This document shows, piece by piece, positions 40,010 through 53,779 of a stretch of DNA of 64,000 bases. The notes under the pieces were generated by a model. It did not search any database, had not been told where the DNA came from, and saw only the letters and a program-made list of their open reading frames with translations. Every line of letters begins with the position of its first letter. Positions within the stretch are counted from its first letter, which is position 1. The translations under genes were made by a program, and so were the position numbers. This DNA is from Octopus vulgaris (Eukaryota): contig OX597816.1 of assembly GCA_951406725.2 (NCBI GenBank), positions 56,048,001 to 56,112,000 of the forward strand, written 5' to 3'.

Positions 40010-40738
40010 CAAAATGGGACACGAACGCAAAACATTCAAATAGACGACACAAAAAACGGACGGGTCATTTGAAGCCTCTAATCTTCAGTCAAGAACCGGA
40101 TCATCCTCGCAATTTCGGCTGATTAATCTTGACTTTTTTTGATCGCTCCGATTCGGCCAGCCCCAAGGAAAAACTAAGCTACGAGCATTAGATTTCTTGG
40201 AAGAAGGATCGAATGTATACGAAACAAGGACAGAAAAACAGACGATGCCACACGAATATAAATACAAAAAACAAAAGGTATATATACAGTATACACCCGA
40301 TTACTCGCGACTCAGCATTCACGGAACTAATAATTGTTCGCGGAATCGCAAATTTCGTCCACGATCTTTTATGGGATTTTTCGTGGCAATATAAACTTTT
40401 CACACTTTTTAAGGCTAAAGTATTGATACTAATATACCGTATTTGCCAGTAACTGGACCCCACTTCGCAACTGAAGTTCCCTCTGGTTACAATATCCGCG
40501 CATTACGTCCCTTGATTTTTTCTCATTTATATTTATTGTTTCGTAGGTACAACAAATACACTGTATCCCGTATCTCTTGTTCCTGCTTTCAATCAAAAGT
40601 TGCCAATTAGTATAGCGACTACCCGCTACATTTGATCATACGCAATGTTTATTTCAACAGCATAATTTTTAAGATCGTGAGCTAATGTAGTCTCATTGAG
40701 ATTAGGTTACTTACTGTCCATCTCTCTCTCTCACTCTT

Positions 40739-40769
<31 letters not shown>

Positions 40770-40770
40770 T

Positions 40771-40801
<31 letters not shown>

Positions 40802-40851
40802 TTCTATTAATATCATCATCATCATCATCATTATTATTAATATTATTATTA

Positions 40852-40883
<32 letters not shown>

Positions 40884-40951
40884 GTTGTTGTTGTTATTGT
40901 TATTATTGTCATTACCATTATCATTCTTATTCTTATTCTTATTATTATTAC

Positions 40952-40999
<48 letters not shown>

Positions 41000-41244
41000 G
41001 ACTATTATTATTATAGTATAGATTACTGTATCTTGTTTTAATACACACTAAATTTTTCAAAGCCATGATTATTTATAATCCCCGCTCAATCTTCCATTGC
41101 TGGTATGCGCATATTAAATGCAACGAAGATTTTTGTGTAAGTTTTTTTTGTTTTGTTTTGTTTTTGGAAAAACTGCGTCCAGTAGCTACCTCCATTATTT
41201 TGTTGATTGCTGTGGTTTTTGCAGCGTGTTTTTAAAGCCCTAAG

Positions 41245-42624
41245 ATGCCATCTAAACGCCCTACACCTAAGCGCCAGAAAATGGTTATGACGCTACATGA
41301 GCAGGCACATTTGCTGGATATGTTCGGGGAAGGTAAAAGTTATGCTGCAGTAGGTCGCTATTATGTTGCCAAAGATTTTCGAAGCAGCAAGGGATGGTTT
41401 TTGACCCTTTCCAGAAAAGGTTCAAAATATAGTGTGTTTTTCTGAATAGAGACTGCATCAGCCGACAAAAAACCGCTTCAGGTAGATCATCGAGGACAAG
41501 GGATACAAGCCGGAACAATTTTCAGTATGGGCGAGATTGGCTTGTTCTGGAAGAAGATGCTTTTCAGAACTTACATCGTGAAGGAAGAAGCCAGAGCCCC
41601 AGCATTTAAGGCACAGATAGAGAGCGTGATGTTAATTACGTGTGGCAATGCTACCGGCTTCATGATGAAACCAGGACTTATCTCCAAGTCCGCGAACCCG
41701 ATGGCCTTCAAAGCTAAAAATAAAACCTGCTGCCTGTCTACTGGATGCACAACCCCAAGGCTTGTATACCAAAAGTCTAACTTTGAATTGGTTCCACAAG
41801 TACTTCATTCTTAAAGTCAAGGAATAGCTCCAAACGTTTGCTTGGAATTCAAAGTGTTGCTTGTTATGGGTAATGTTGGTGGTCTCTCTTTGGATTTAAA
41901 TCACCACCTCTTTCATCCAGCTTATAAATCAACGCGTGATCCGTGCCTTAAAAACACTTTACACTTAGAATTATCTCTAACAAATTGTGGATGCAATGGA
42001 TTTGGACGAGAATTTCAAGGTAAAGGAGTATTTGTGCCTAACTTCACGATCGCAACGTGCCTGTCAGTCATCCATGCTGCTCTTACAGACATGATTAAAG
42101 AAACCCTCATCACATACTGGAAGAAGGTATGGCCAGAGTGTGTCCAGGACTACGAGGGCTTTTCACTCGAAGATATTCAGCACGAGGCTTTCCAAAATAC
42201 AGTGAAGCTGGCAAAGGTACTTGGTGGCGAAGGTTTTGATGACATCACACAAGATGACTTCATCGATGCCCACTCTCAAACCCTGACAGACGAAGATTTG
42301 TTGTAGTTAGCGAAGAGGAGGAGAAAGCGCTACATCCAAAGGAAGAGAATGAGGTGGGCCAGGCAATCGAACGTTCTATTAAGAACAGTAAAGGAATTGC
42401 AAGAGTAGGCGGAAGAATGTGATTCCTACATGGTTCGGTGTCTCCAATTTAAAAATGCCATCGATGCTGCCACACAGACATATAAATATCTCTGTACCAC
42501 CACGAAGAAACAATGGCAGCAACCTTCCCTCACAATATTCCACAACTCCACCAAGAAAGCCTTGCATGAAGATACGACATCCCCTAAAACACCTGAAGAA
42601 GAGGCGTCACCTGAAGAGGTTTAA
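41245..42624 (+). mobile_element. Tigger/pogo-family transposase fossil
   Basis: CENP-B-type HTH (KRQKMVMTL..SYAAVGR..F.SSKGWF), E.GLFWKKM..RTYI, CGNATG, W.KVWP, GGEGFDD; multiple frameshifts. Confidence 0.85.
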
Positions 42625-43605
42625 ATCTTCTTTGCTGTGCCATCATTGCCTTCATTATTTTCATCATCATCACCTTCAATTAATATCATTCATTATTGGT
42701 GAGAAATCTTTCGAGTAGCCATTTTCCCAAATTTTGTTTTATATTGGTTGGATATGATTTTAGATCTGAGGGAAAATTAGCTAGTATCTCTAGCATGTTT
42801 TGAGAGCCCATAAGAACGACCTCTTCGACTTGAAAGAAAATAATTATTTTCTGCCACTCGAGCTGGGGACATCTGACATTCTGTTCCTCTGTCACATGAA
42901 CAGAGATAATCTAGGTGTAGGTCGTTACTCCTTCAAAAACTGACATTTAACTTTATTACTTATTCTAACTTATTCTATATATTTTGTTTAGAAAGTGACT
43001 TGCAAATATTTAATACATTTCAGCCTATTTTGGTTCTCGATTGTCAATAGCAAAACATAAGCCGTATGTGTATACATTTATAGAAACACTTTTGAAGTCT
43101 ACCCTGCAGCCATAAATTGTAATAGATTTAGATTGTCAGCAGGAGACTTAGATTCAACGAGAAAAGTACAGCAAAACCACTGAAAAGACTGAAAAGACTA
43201 CAAGGTTTAGTTCCATCACAAGCAAAAGTTTGTTGAAAGAGATGAAAATTCAATGCTTACCGCTACAATTCCTCTACTTATATCATACAATACTCTTGCT
43301 CCTGATAATCTATTTCTTTCCCCAACATTCTATGATCACTTACTATTCTCGTAATTACTAAATATGGTAAAAATAAGATTAATTTCAGAAAGATCTTGGG
43401 ATAAATTTACCAAAACACGATTCCTTACACAAAGCATTCTCTTTCAATTTGTCCATGAATCAACAGTTTGTAGAGCTGAAATATCGAGACATAACAATCA
43501 CAGACTTACACACGCTACTTTAGGATACCACTTATCAGTTTTCTTAAAAGTTGTCGTTAATAACAACAACAACAACAACAACAATAATAATAATGATAAT
43601 AATTC

Positions 43606-43670
<65 letters not shown>

Positions 43671-45212
43671 GACGGCACATCACAAAGTGCTAAGTGCAGA
43701 ATTTGTGGACAAAATGGTGAAACCGTATGGCATATTACCAGTCAATGTAGGTCGCTAGCTCGGAAAGAATATAAGAGACGTCATGACAATATAGCAATGA
43801 TTGTCCATTAGACACTCTGCAACAGTTATGGACTTGACAGAGCAAGAAAGTGGTATGAACATAAACCTGACAGCGTATGTATGATCATTGGAGGGAAAAG
43901 GGATTTTTTATGTGATCAAGCTACTACGATAATAAAAAATCGTTGGCTCCCAGAAGTAAAGCTCGAAGGTATCAAAAAATAGCAGCAGCGATAACGATGA
44001 TGAAAATACAGTTCTTACTAATAAGAGTAATCTCTTAGCACAAGTAAGGAGCAGTATTAGATTACTTGATGAGAGACATATAGATGATTTAAAAGAAGAC
44101 AAAACTAATGGCGACATGACAGATGAACAAAAGGAAGTCTAAGACAGAATAAAGGTATGAATACAAGAGAATGATAGCGACATTATTTGCAACCTTAAAA
44201 AGGTTGACTGGTGGAAATTGAAACAAGAAACGAAAAATGTTAATGATATTCTGAAATAGATCAGAACAAACTTCACAGAAACAAATATTTTGATCAAGGC
44301 AGCAAGTATTGTTGTAGCAGAAAATGTGGGTGTTGATGTCAAGAAAAAAGAGACATAATGGGAGTGACAAAAGAAAAGATCCATGGTGGAGAAGAAGAAT
44401 CCAGGCATGGCTAGACATGCTCTCGAAGGAAATCTCTGTGTTAGACCGAAGAGAGAAAGGGGAGCTTAAAAGCGAACAAAAATACAGGTCACTGAAAAGG
44501 AAGTAAAATATTGAAAGAAAGGGCCTCATAGTAGTAGTGGAGGAACTGGCACAGTGCCTCGTTGCAAAGAAAGCAAAGATGGTAAGATACGACCAAAGAA
44601 TGAAGGGTTACCACCAGAATAGGTTATTCAGAATAGATCAGAGGAGATTCTATAAAGAAATAAATGGAGAGTGTACAGATGAAAAGTTGATACCAGATAA
44701 CAATGAAAGTCAAAGGTTTTGGAGTAACATCTGGAGGAAAGACAAGGAGCACAAGAAGGGTGTTGAATGGTTGCAAGAACTGAAACAAACAGTAGTCTGT
44801 CCAAAACAGGCAGAACTAGTCATTTCAGTTAGGGAAGTGAAGTAAATCAGCAAACAAATGAGCTACTGGAAGGCCCCGGGACCAGATAGAGTTCAAGGCT
44901 ACTGGATCAAAAGATTTAGTGAATGTCATGCACGAATAGCTGCGCAGCTCAAAACCTTGTTAAATGCCGACCATGTAACACCAGAGTGGTTGACATTGGG
45001 TAAGACAGTGCTGTGCCTGAAAAACATCGAAATAGGCAATACGGTAGACAATTACATGCCGATATCCTGTTTGCCACTTAAGTGGAAGTTATTAACTGGA
45101 ATACTCGCAGAGTCAATGTACGAACATCTGGAAAAAAATGGAGTCCTGCCACATGAGCAGAAGGGCTGCAAGCGTTAGTGCATAGGTACTAAGGATCAAC
45201 CCCTGATAGATG
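43671..45212 (+). mobile_element. R4/Dong-like LINE family B fragments following (AAT)n
   Basis: 43671-43875 encodes CRICG..HITSQC..YKRRHD; about 43900-45212 encodes PWWRRRI, QNRLF, WKAPGPD.VQGYWIK, PISCLP, EQKGC, with stops. Confidence 0.82.
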
Positions 45213-45552
45213 TAATTAAGGAGAGGAGAAAACAAATTCAAAGGCCGATATATATATATTCATTCAATCCATATTAACCAAATTCTCCATGGTATAGAAA
45301 GTCCATATATAGATGCATTCATCTATATGTTATATGAACATTTCTAAGATTTTATAAGTACATAAATAGACACGAAAATTTATAAATATACAAATATTCA
45401 TAGACATATAAAAATTTATAAACACATAAAAATTCATAAATATAAATATATAAAAAGTGTAAGTCCATAAATGTACTTGCGAAGACCGAATGAAGAGGAT
45501 GATAAAGCGGATGGAAAATGATTCATAACGAGTCTAGAGCATGCATAAAGTT

Positions 45553-46660
<1,108 letters not shown>

Positions 46661-47115
46661 CTTATATTATTTATATTATATATATATATATATATGTGTG
46701 TATATATATATTTTAACGGATGAATGTTATTTCGTCTTTTAACTGGAGTAATTTCCAAAGATTTGTAATGTTGTTTCCTCATACTTTACTATTGAATTTA
46801 CTTTATGTAAATTCGTGTAGGCATGAACACTTGTATAGCAATAATCAGAATATGATTTAACTTATTGAGCACTTTTCAACAAATTCATTCACATTTATGA
46901 AATGGAGGAGATAAGATGTTAAAATAGACTTTCTATTATGAATATCTGAGGCTTTTTGTATGAAACAAATTGTATAGCAACATGAAAAATAAAAACCATA
47001 ATCCATTTTAGCATCTAATCTCCTCCATTACATAAATGTAAATGATTTTGTTGAACTGTGTTTAATAAATTACATCATACACTGATTGTTTATACATACA
47101 TATAAATATAAATAA

Positions 47116-47158
<43 letters not shown>

Positions 47159-47597
47159 AAGGAACTGAAATGCTAAAGAAATAAGAAACTATGTCAAGGA
47201 CTTCATTGACTTACATCTGTTTCTGCTATAAGGGGCGATGCATTCAACTATGAAGCACACTTCATTATTTTATACTCCGATGAAGCTATAGCGTGATAAG
47301 CAAGCGCTCAAATATGAGTGCATCGTGTTATATTGTAAAAATAGCTATAAGCGAATGAAGCTCATGGCATATTTTTCTTATTCCCTTCTCATTGTAATTT
47401 CTTCTAATTGCTCTGAACTCTTTGTATCTGATGCATATATATACTGAATCCTAACATCAGATTATTAATATCGTTATGCCTCAACGAAATCATATATGTA
47501 TATATATATATTTATTCTTACACACACACACAAACACACATACAAACACACACACACACACATCTATATATATATATTTTGTTTTGTCTTTTCTCAG

Positions 47598-47840
47598 GTC
47601 CACGACTTACTGATGGGACTCGTGATTGTCTCCGTATTCCTGTTCGTCATCTGCGTCACTCTCATCCTAATATTATATAAACTGAGATCACTGAAGAGAA
47701 AAAACCAACCCTGCAACACTGTAAACACGCCTGGCACCAAATCTGCTGTTACCTACAGTTCTACAGCCAAACTAAATGAGGCATTTCTCCCAGAGTCTAA
47801 CAGTGCCGGAAATAATCCTGAAACAATCACTAAATTTTAG
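47598..47840 (+). CDS. Coding exon 4 (TM helix plus cytoplasmic tail, stop TAG)
   Basis: Acceptor TTTTGTCTTTTCTCAG|GTC. Reads VHDLLMGLVIVSVFLFVICVTLILILY-KLRSLKRK (TM plus positive-inside) ..PETITKF*. Confidence 0.82.
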   Translation, partial: VHDLLMGLVIVSVFLFVICVTLILILYKLRSLKRKNQPCNTVNTPGTKSAVTYSSTAKLNEAFLPESNSAGNNPETITKF

Positions 47841-48389
47841 GGTGGTTTTTCTACCCGACATTCATATCATGCTTTACACGAAACTTTTTCAACTTTAATA
47901 ATTCTTAACAATCATTGTATTGTATTTTTATATTCACCCTTAATTCAACTTTACCTTTCACCATTTCGGGGCGATGAAATAAACTACCAATTAAGTACTG
48001 ATATCCATGTAATCTAGTGGCCCTTTCCTCCTAATGATCCTGCCTTGGGCTTCAATCAGAAATATTTTGAAGACGGCGAAAAAATTCCTAGAGTCGATGT
48101 GATCGAGTAGTTCCCGGCCCAACAATGTCTACATAATTTGAGGCCTTGTGCTTGTATTAGAAAGCGTCGTGAAAGCAGCCAGCCGGGGGAGCTGGTACAA
48201 TGCATAGCGGCATTTCATCCGGGATTTTACGTTCTGAATTTAAACTCTATGTACGTCGACTTTGCCTTTCATCTTTCCGGGGTCGATAAAATAAGTATCA
48301 CCTTAGAATGGGGTCGACGTAATCAACCACCCCGCTCCCCCAAACTTTCAGTCCTCGTACCTATGGTAGAAAAGATTCTTCTACTTATT

Positions 48390-48665
48390 ATTATTATTGC
48401 CTTTGCACAGCTTCTAGCGCTGGAGATGTACCTGGGTGCCAGCTGTTCACTAGCAGTGAACTAAGGTAACACCCCTTATTTTTCGATCACCTTCCCGAAT
48501 ATTCGAGTGGTTCCAAGCAGTGCTGTTTTCTGCAAGCGCTCCACCTTTATTGCAGCACTTATTTGTTCCATGTACTTACCAAGGTTTTTACTCACTGTTC
48601 CCAGGGCTCCGACAATTATTGGTACTACTACCAACTTTTTCATCGACCACAACTGCTTAACCTCC
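48390..48665 (-). mobile_element. R4/Dong-like family B 3' end flanked by (TAA)n
   Basis: Homologous to 1-195. (TTA)n on + at both junctions (about 48384 and 48666). Confidence 0.82.
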
Positions 48666-48889
48666 TTATTATTATTATCCGCTTATTTCAATTTTGTTTC
48701 CATTTCTTGCCGAGTATCTTCTCGACACCTAGTGCAAAAAAACTCGCTGTATGCATTGGGAGATCATTAAAATAAACACACCAGATTCTTCATTTACAAA
48801 GTCAAGTAACAGAAAAAGGGGAAGAATCACCAAGCAAACAAAGAAGAAAGAAGAATAAAGTTAAAGACTGTGAGAAAATAATTAAAATA

Positions 48890-49949
48890 AAACAAGATCA
48901 CTCGGAGAGCGCAAGCCTTCACCAAGGCAACACCAACGTCCTCTCAATGATTAGCCAGAGATGATTTTTAAAATGAGACTATCTGAAATAAACTCGACTG
49001 CTCTGATAAACGAGAATACTAAAAATGAATCTGATCGATCTCAAAAATTAAGTAACAACCGGAAAAATAATCCAGAATCCTTGTCCGGTACCTGATCGAT
49101 AATCATGGTAGTCATGGAATGTGAAGGTGGGTGTACGGTCCGTGTTTGTAATGCTGTGTGTGTGTGTCATCTGAGTGGGAAGAGGGACAGTTTTCTCTTT
49201 CAAAGCCTTTTTTAGTCTATCCGCTGATATAGTGTCTTTTACAACTATTAAGGTCTCTAGTGAAACATATATCCGTGCCTGAAAGAAAACGGAAATGACC
49301 TGCATACGGTGCTGTTAACGGAGGATTGACAACATTGTTGCACACAAAAACGTGAGTCCGAGAAGTAAAGCTTCCTTCAAGGCAGAGATAGAAATGCAAT
49401 CGTCAAGTATGGAAGGGGTATTAAACAGGAGCGATATATTCAAAATTGATGAAACTAAACATTGTCGAGGATAAATTAAATGTATTATTGTTCCTGAATA
49501 TGTGAGTGTTATTTAATTTCTGAACGGTTTTGCTGCCATTTATTTATGTAGTTTGATTTCTTTGTTCATCAGTTTCGACTAAGATAGAGACACGAGTAAA
49601 ATTAATAATAGAGAAATGAAAATAAACTTTGGAAACAGCAACGCCGCCATAACTTATGTGGAAACCATAAGTCTGCTTTCGAGAGAGATAATCAGAGAAA
49701 GACTTGAAAGTGAACGTAAGATCGTAATACTTCATATAAAGTAAAGTAAATATAACAAATAATCCAGAATCCTTGTCCGGCACCGGATCGATCTCCAGAT
49801 TTAATCAATTCGTGCCAGTCACAAGGCCAAACATCCCTGAAAGTTCCACCCAAATCTACCCAGCGGTTCTTGAGATATCTTGTCCACGGACAAACAAACA
49901 AACATAACTGAAAACAATACCTCTGCCTACGCTAAGGCGGACGTAATAA
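48890..49949 (-). mobile_element. Helentron/DINE-1-type non-autonomous element (HINE-like)
   Basis: Minus strand starts TTATTACGTCCGCCTTAG..(GTTT)n..GTCCGT and ends TTGGTGAAGGCTTGCGCTCTCCGAGTGATCTTGTT (subterminal IR plus 3' hairpin). Internal duplication AATAATCCAGAATCCTTGTCCGG at about 49066 and 49758. Confidence 0.7.
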
Positions 49950-50576
49950 AGGGGTAAAAAAAAATTCACAGTGACAATGCTCTTTTCAATACGTGTGAAG
50001 TACCAATTAGAACAATCTTTTGTACTTCTTGCAAGGATGCTAAGACAGGGATCATCCTCAAACAATTTTAAGTTACTTTTTTAATCGTTCCAACTGCTCC
50101 TACAATCACTGGTATTCTAACCATCTTGAGATGACATCTTTTCGATTCCAATCAACAAATCTTTATATTTTCTGTGCTTATCAAATTCTTTTGCCGATAT
50201 ATTATGATCATAAGCAACTTCCTTGTCTTTCTACCTAGGCTGTTTAGTCCGTCCACTTTGCTTTCCTCAGAATCAGTGTTAGTGTTATCATGCATAGTAC
50301 AAAGATCAGTGGGGACAGGCAGAGTCCCCTTAGAAGATGCCTCTCCTGATTTCTATTGTCCTTAAACTTCTTCCATATGCTGTCAATTCTGTCCTCCACT
50401 ACGCCATACTTTTTTAAAGCAATCGCTCAACATTCGATGCAATGCCAAATAGGTTCATTCTTTTTCTTCTTCTTCTTCTTCTTCTTCTTCTTCTTCTTCT
50501 TCTTCTTCTTCTTCTTCTTCTTCTTCTTCTTCTTCTTCTTCTTCTTCTTCTTCTCTTTCTTCTTCTTCTTCCTCTA

Positions 50577-50639
<63 letters not shown>

Positions 50640-50642
<3 letters not shown>

Positions 50643-52745
50643 TAGTTTTATTTTTATAGCGTGCTTTCACTTCACTACCGAGCACAGCTCTGTGTGCCTT
50701 GGGTATGTGCTGTGATTTGTTGTGATGCTCTGATGGTTATTGTATGGAAAGTGTTCTGCGTAGGATGTGGGCAGTGCCTAGTAGTGCAATTTTCTGTATG
50801 TTATATGTGTTTGTAAGTCCTGGTGTTTTTGTTATGTATTTGTCTGAATATTTTTTTATCATGCCTAATGCACCTACTATGATAGGAATTGTTTCTGTTT
50901 TCAGATTCCACATTCTAGTTACCTCTATTTCCAGGTCTTTGTATTTTGAGAGTTTCTCCATTTCTTTTAGAGACACGTTGTCATCAGCCGGTATTGATAC
51001 ATCAATTAGAAAGCATTTTTTTTCTTCATGATCTCTGACAACTATATCTGGTCTGTTGGCCTTAATTTCTCTATATGTGTGTATCGGCATATCCCAGAGT
51101 ATGGTTGCTTTCTCGTTTTCTGTGACCTTTTCTGGTGTGTGCCTATACCATCTTTTTTCTGTTGTTATTCCATAATGTTGGCATAGCTTCCAATGTATGT
51201 AGGTTCCAACTCTGTCATGTCTGTGAATATATTCCTTCTTAGCCAAGACTGGGCAGCTAGAGATAATATGATTTATTGTTTCTTGTCCATCTCCACATAT
51301 TCTGCAGTTACTTGTAATATTTCTTTTCATTACATGTTTTTGGTAATTTCTGGTGGGGAGGCTTTGGTCTTGTGCTGCAATTAAAAATCCCTCTGTTTCT
51401 GCTTTGAGTCCTGAGCTTCTCAACCATTGCTGGGATTTTTCTTTATCTATTTCTTTTGCGTTTAGTTTAGTGCAGTATTTACCATGAAGGGGCTTTTCTT
51501 GCCATCGTTTTATCATGGTTCGTTGCTGTTCTATTTTTAGTTTGGATTTCATTTGTTTTATAGCTTTTGTTGTTTCTTCATCTTCTTCTTCTTCTTCTTC
51601 ATGTTTATTAGGTGGTATGATTTCTTGTTTGTATTTGTCAGCTTCCTTAAATACTGAGAACAGTTTTTTGTTTTGCTCGTGTTTTGCCGCTATCTGGATC
51701 AGTTTTCCTTCCTTCTGAAGTAGATATTTTTGCAGTCCTATGGTGGTTATTTTATAGTAGTTTTCCAGCTGTATAAGGCCTCTACCACCTTCTATACGTT
51801 GTATATATAGTCTTTCTATGTCAGATTTTGTCATTATTTTTCTTGTTTTCCTATCTATTTTGGTCAGTTCATTTCGTGTCCAGTTAAGGATATTGTAGCT
51901 GTAACTTATAACTGGGACAGCTAAAGTGTTGATACCTATTATCTTGTTTTTAGCATTGAGCACTGTGTTTAGTATTGATCTAACTCGTCTATAATATTCT
52001 TTTTTTATTTTCTCTTTCATTTGTGTGTGTTGTGTCTTATCTAGTTCATGGATTCCTAAGTATTTGTAAGTTTGGCTTTGGTCTAATTCTTTTATTTCAT
52101 TGGTTTTATCTAGTGTGATGTTGTTACTCTTAACTAGTTTTCCTCTTTTGAGGGTTACTTTGGCGCATTTTTCTAATCCAAATTTCATATCTATTTCTTT
52201 GGTAAATCCATGAACTGTCTTTAATAGTGTTTCCAGCTGTTTGTCATTTGCAGCGTATAGTTTTAGGTCATCCATATATAAAAGGTGGCTGATCGTTTTG
52301 CCGTAACATTTATATCCGCATCCAGTTCTATTTAGCATATCAGATAGAGGTGACAGTGCCAAGCAGAAAAGGAGTGGAGAGAGCGTGTCTCCCTGGAATA
52401 TTCCTCTTCTAATGGGGATGTCTTTGGTTTTCATGAGTCCCTCTTTTGTTTGGAGGTGTAGGACTGTTTGCCATTTATTCATAGAGTGCTCTATGAATTT
52501 TATGATTGTTGGTGCTACTTTGTTAATGGCTAGTGTTTCGAGGATCCATGTGTGGGGGATGCTATCAAACGCCTTTTGTAGTCAATCCAGGCCATACTGA
52601 GGCCTTTCTTCTTTCTGTGGCTGTCTTCAGTTATGGCTTTATTAATCATTAATTGATCTTTACAGCCATATGAGCCTTTGCGGCATCCTTTCTGCTCTTC
52701 TGGGAACAGTTTGTTTTCGTCCAAGTGCTTGTTCAGCCTTTGTGA
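50640..52745 (-). mobile_element. 5'-truncated R4/Dong-like LINE family A within (TAA)n
   Basis: Upstream part frameshifted near 52570. (ATT)n on + at both ends (50576-50639 and 52745-52820). Confidence 0.93.
50737..52482 (-). CDS. RT C-terminal part, CCHC knuckle and restriction-like endonuclease of the R4/Dong-like LINE (581-aa open remnant)
   Basis: GIFQGDTLSPLLF, LYMDDLKL, YKYLG, CRIC..HIISSC..RHD, RPDIV..LIDV..EKLSKY. Confidence 0.9.
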   Translation of the reverse strand: MNKWQTVLHLQTKEGLMKTKDIPIRRGIFQGDTLSPLLFCLALSPLSDMLNRTGCGYKCYGKTISHLLYMDDLKLYAANDKQLETLLKTVHGFTKEIDMKFGLEKCAKVTLKRGKLVKSNNITLDKTNEIKELDQSQTYKYLGIHELDKTQHTQMKEKIKKEYYRRVRSILNTVLNAKNKIIGINTLAVPVISYSYNILNWTRNELTKIDRKTRKIMTKSDIERLYIQRIEGGRGLIQLENYYKITTIGLQKYLLQKEGKLIQIAAKHEQNKKLFSVFKEADKYKQEIIPPNKHEEEEEEDEETTKAIKQMKSKLKIEQQRTMIKRWQEKPLHGKYCTKLNAKEIDKEKSQQWLRSSGLKAETEGFLIAAQDQSLPTRNYQKHVMKRNITSNCRICGDGQETINHIISSCPVLAKKEYIHRHDRVGTYIHWKLCQHYGITTEKRWYRHTPEKVTENEKATILWDMPIHTYREIKANRPDIVVRDHEEKKCFLIDVSIPADDNVSLKEMEKLSKYKDLEIEVTRMWNLKTETIPIIVGALGMIKKYSDKYITKTPGLTNTYNIQKIALLGTAHILRRTLSIQ

Positions 52746-52747
52746 TA

Positions 52748-52778
<31 letters not shown>

Positions 52779-52949
52779 TATTATTATTACCATTATTATT
52801 ACCATTATTATTACTATTATTGTACTATCAGTACACTATCGAAGACAGCGGTGTGATTTGGAGCACATCAAGGTACAAACGCACGTACACACCTTCATAT
52901 GCACGCACATATATGTATGTATGCCTTCATCGCATTTCATAAATTAAAT

Positions 52950-53775
52950 GGAGTTCTTTTAATCCAAACACAGATGTCCTTGCATCTGCAGGCATCACCT
53001 CAATTAAAGCTATGATTTTGAGGAACCAATTGAGATGGTGTAACCATATTGTTCGAATGGCTGATGAACGCATGCCAAAACAGCTGTTTTATGGTGAGCT
53101 TGCAGAGGGGAAACGCTTTCGGCGTAAACCTAATAAAATGGTTTAAGGACGGCATATGGACTACTATGAAGTCACTGGGAATGTTTCCAGAAGATATAGA
53201 AACCCTTGCTTCGGATCGAGTTGGATGGCGAACAAAAGTGTGGAGTGGAGTAAAAGCATTTGAAGAGGCCAGGATAACACAAGTAAAATATAAAAGAGAT
53301 CTAAGGAAGAATGTAATGATCAAGAAGGTGAATGACAATGACCCTTTTGTGTGCACAGTTTGTGGCAGACTATGCCTGTCTCTTGCTGGCCTCAAATCTC
53401 ATTTGCGAATGCATGGAAAACAAACCTCCACCAACTATTCTGACTATATGTCTTTGCACACATTTGAATGCAGTGTATGCCAGAAGGTTTGCAAATCCAA
53501 CGGAGGCCTCAAGAGACATTTTGAGAACCACAAAAAGCAGAAATTATCTGCAGCTCTTGGTGGTCCAAACTGGATGTGCAATCTATGTGGGTGTCTTTTC
53601 AGAACATTGTCTGGTTTAAAAAGCCACAACAGATGCCTTGATGGTGCTAAGGTGTAGGTACAGGAGGTGATCAAACTCTATATAAATAGATAACCACCAC
53701 AATGTATGTATGTATGTATGTATGTATGTATGTATGTATGTATGTATGTATGTATGTATGCATGTATGTATGTAT
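52950..53775 (+). mobile_element. RTE-clade LINE 3' end with three tandem zinc fingers, followed by (ATGT)n
   Basis: QLRWCNHIVRMADERMPKQLFYGEL..G.R (frameshift) FKD..LASDRVGWR, the RTE C-terminus, then two C2H2 and one C2HC finger. Confidence 0.85.
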
Positions 53776-53779
53776 GTGT

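Noticed and set aside
47496-47597. N-terminal extension of the 114-aa ORF
   Set aside because: Microsatellite plus polypyrimidine tract of intron 3; coding starts after the AG at 47597.
53049-53657. Stand-alone host C2H2 zinc-finger gene
   Set aside because: Continuous with RTE RT C-terminal motifs and followed by a simple-repeat tail.
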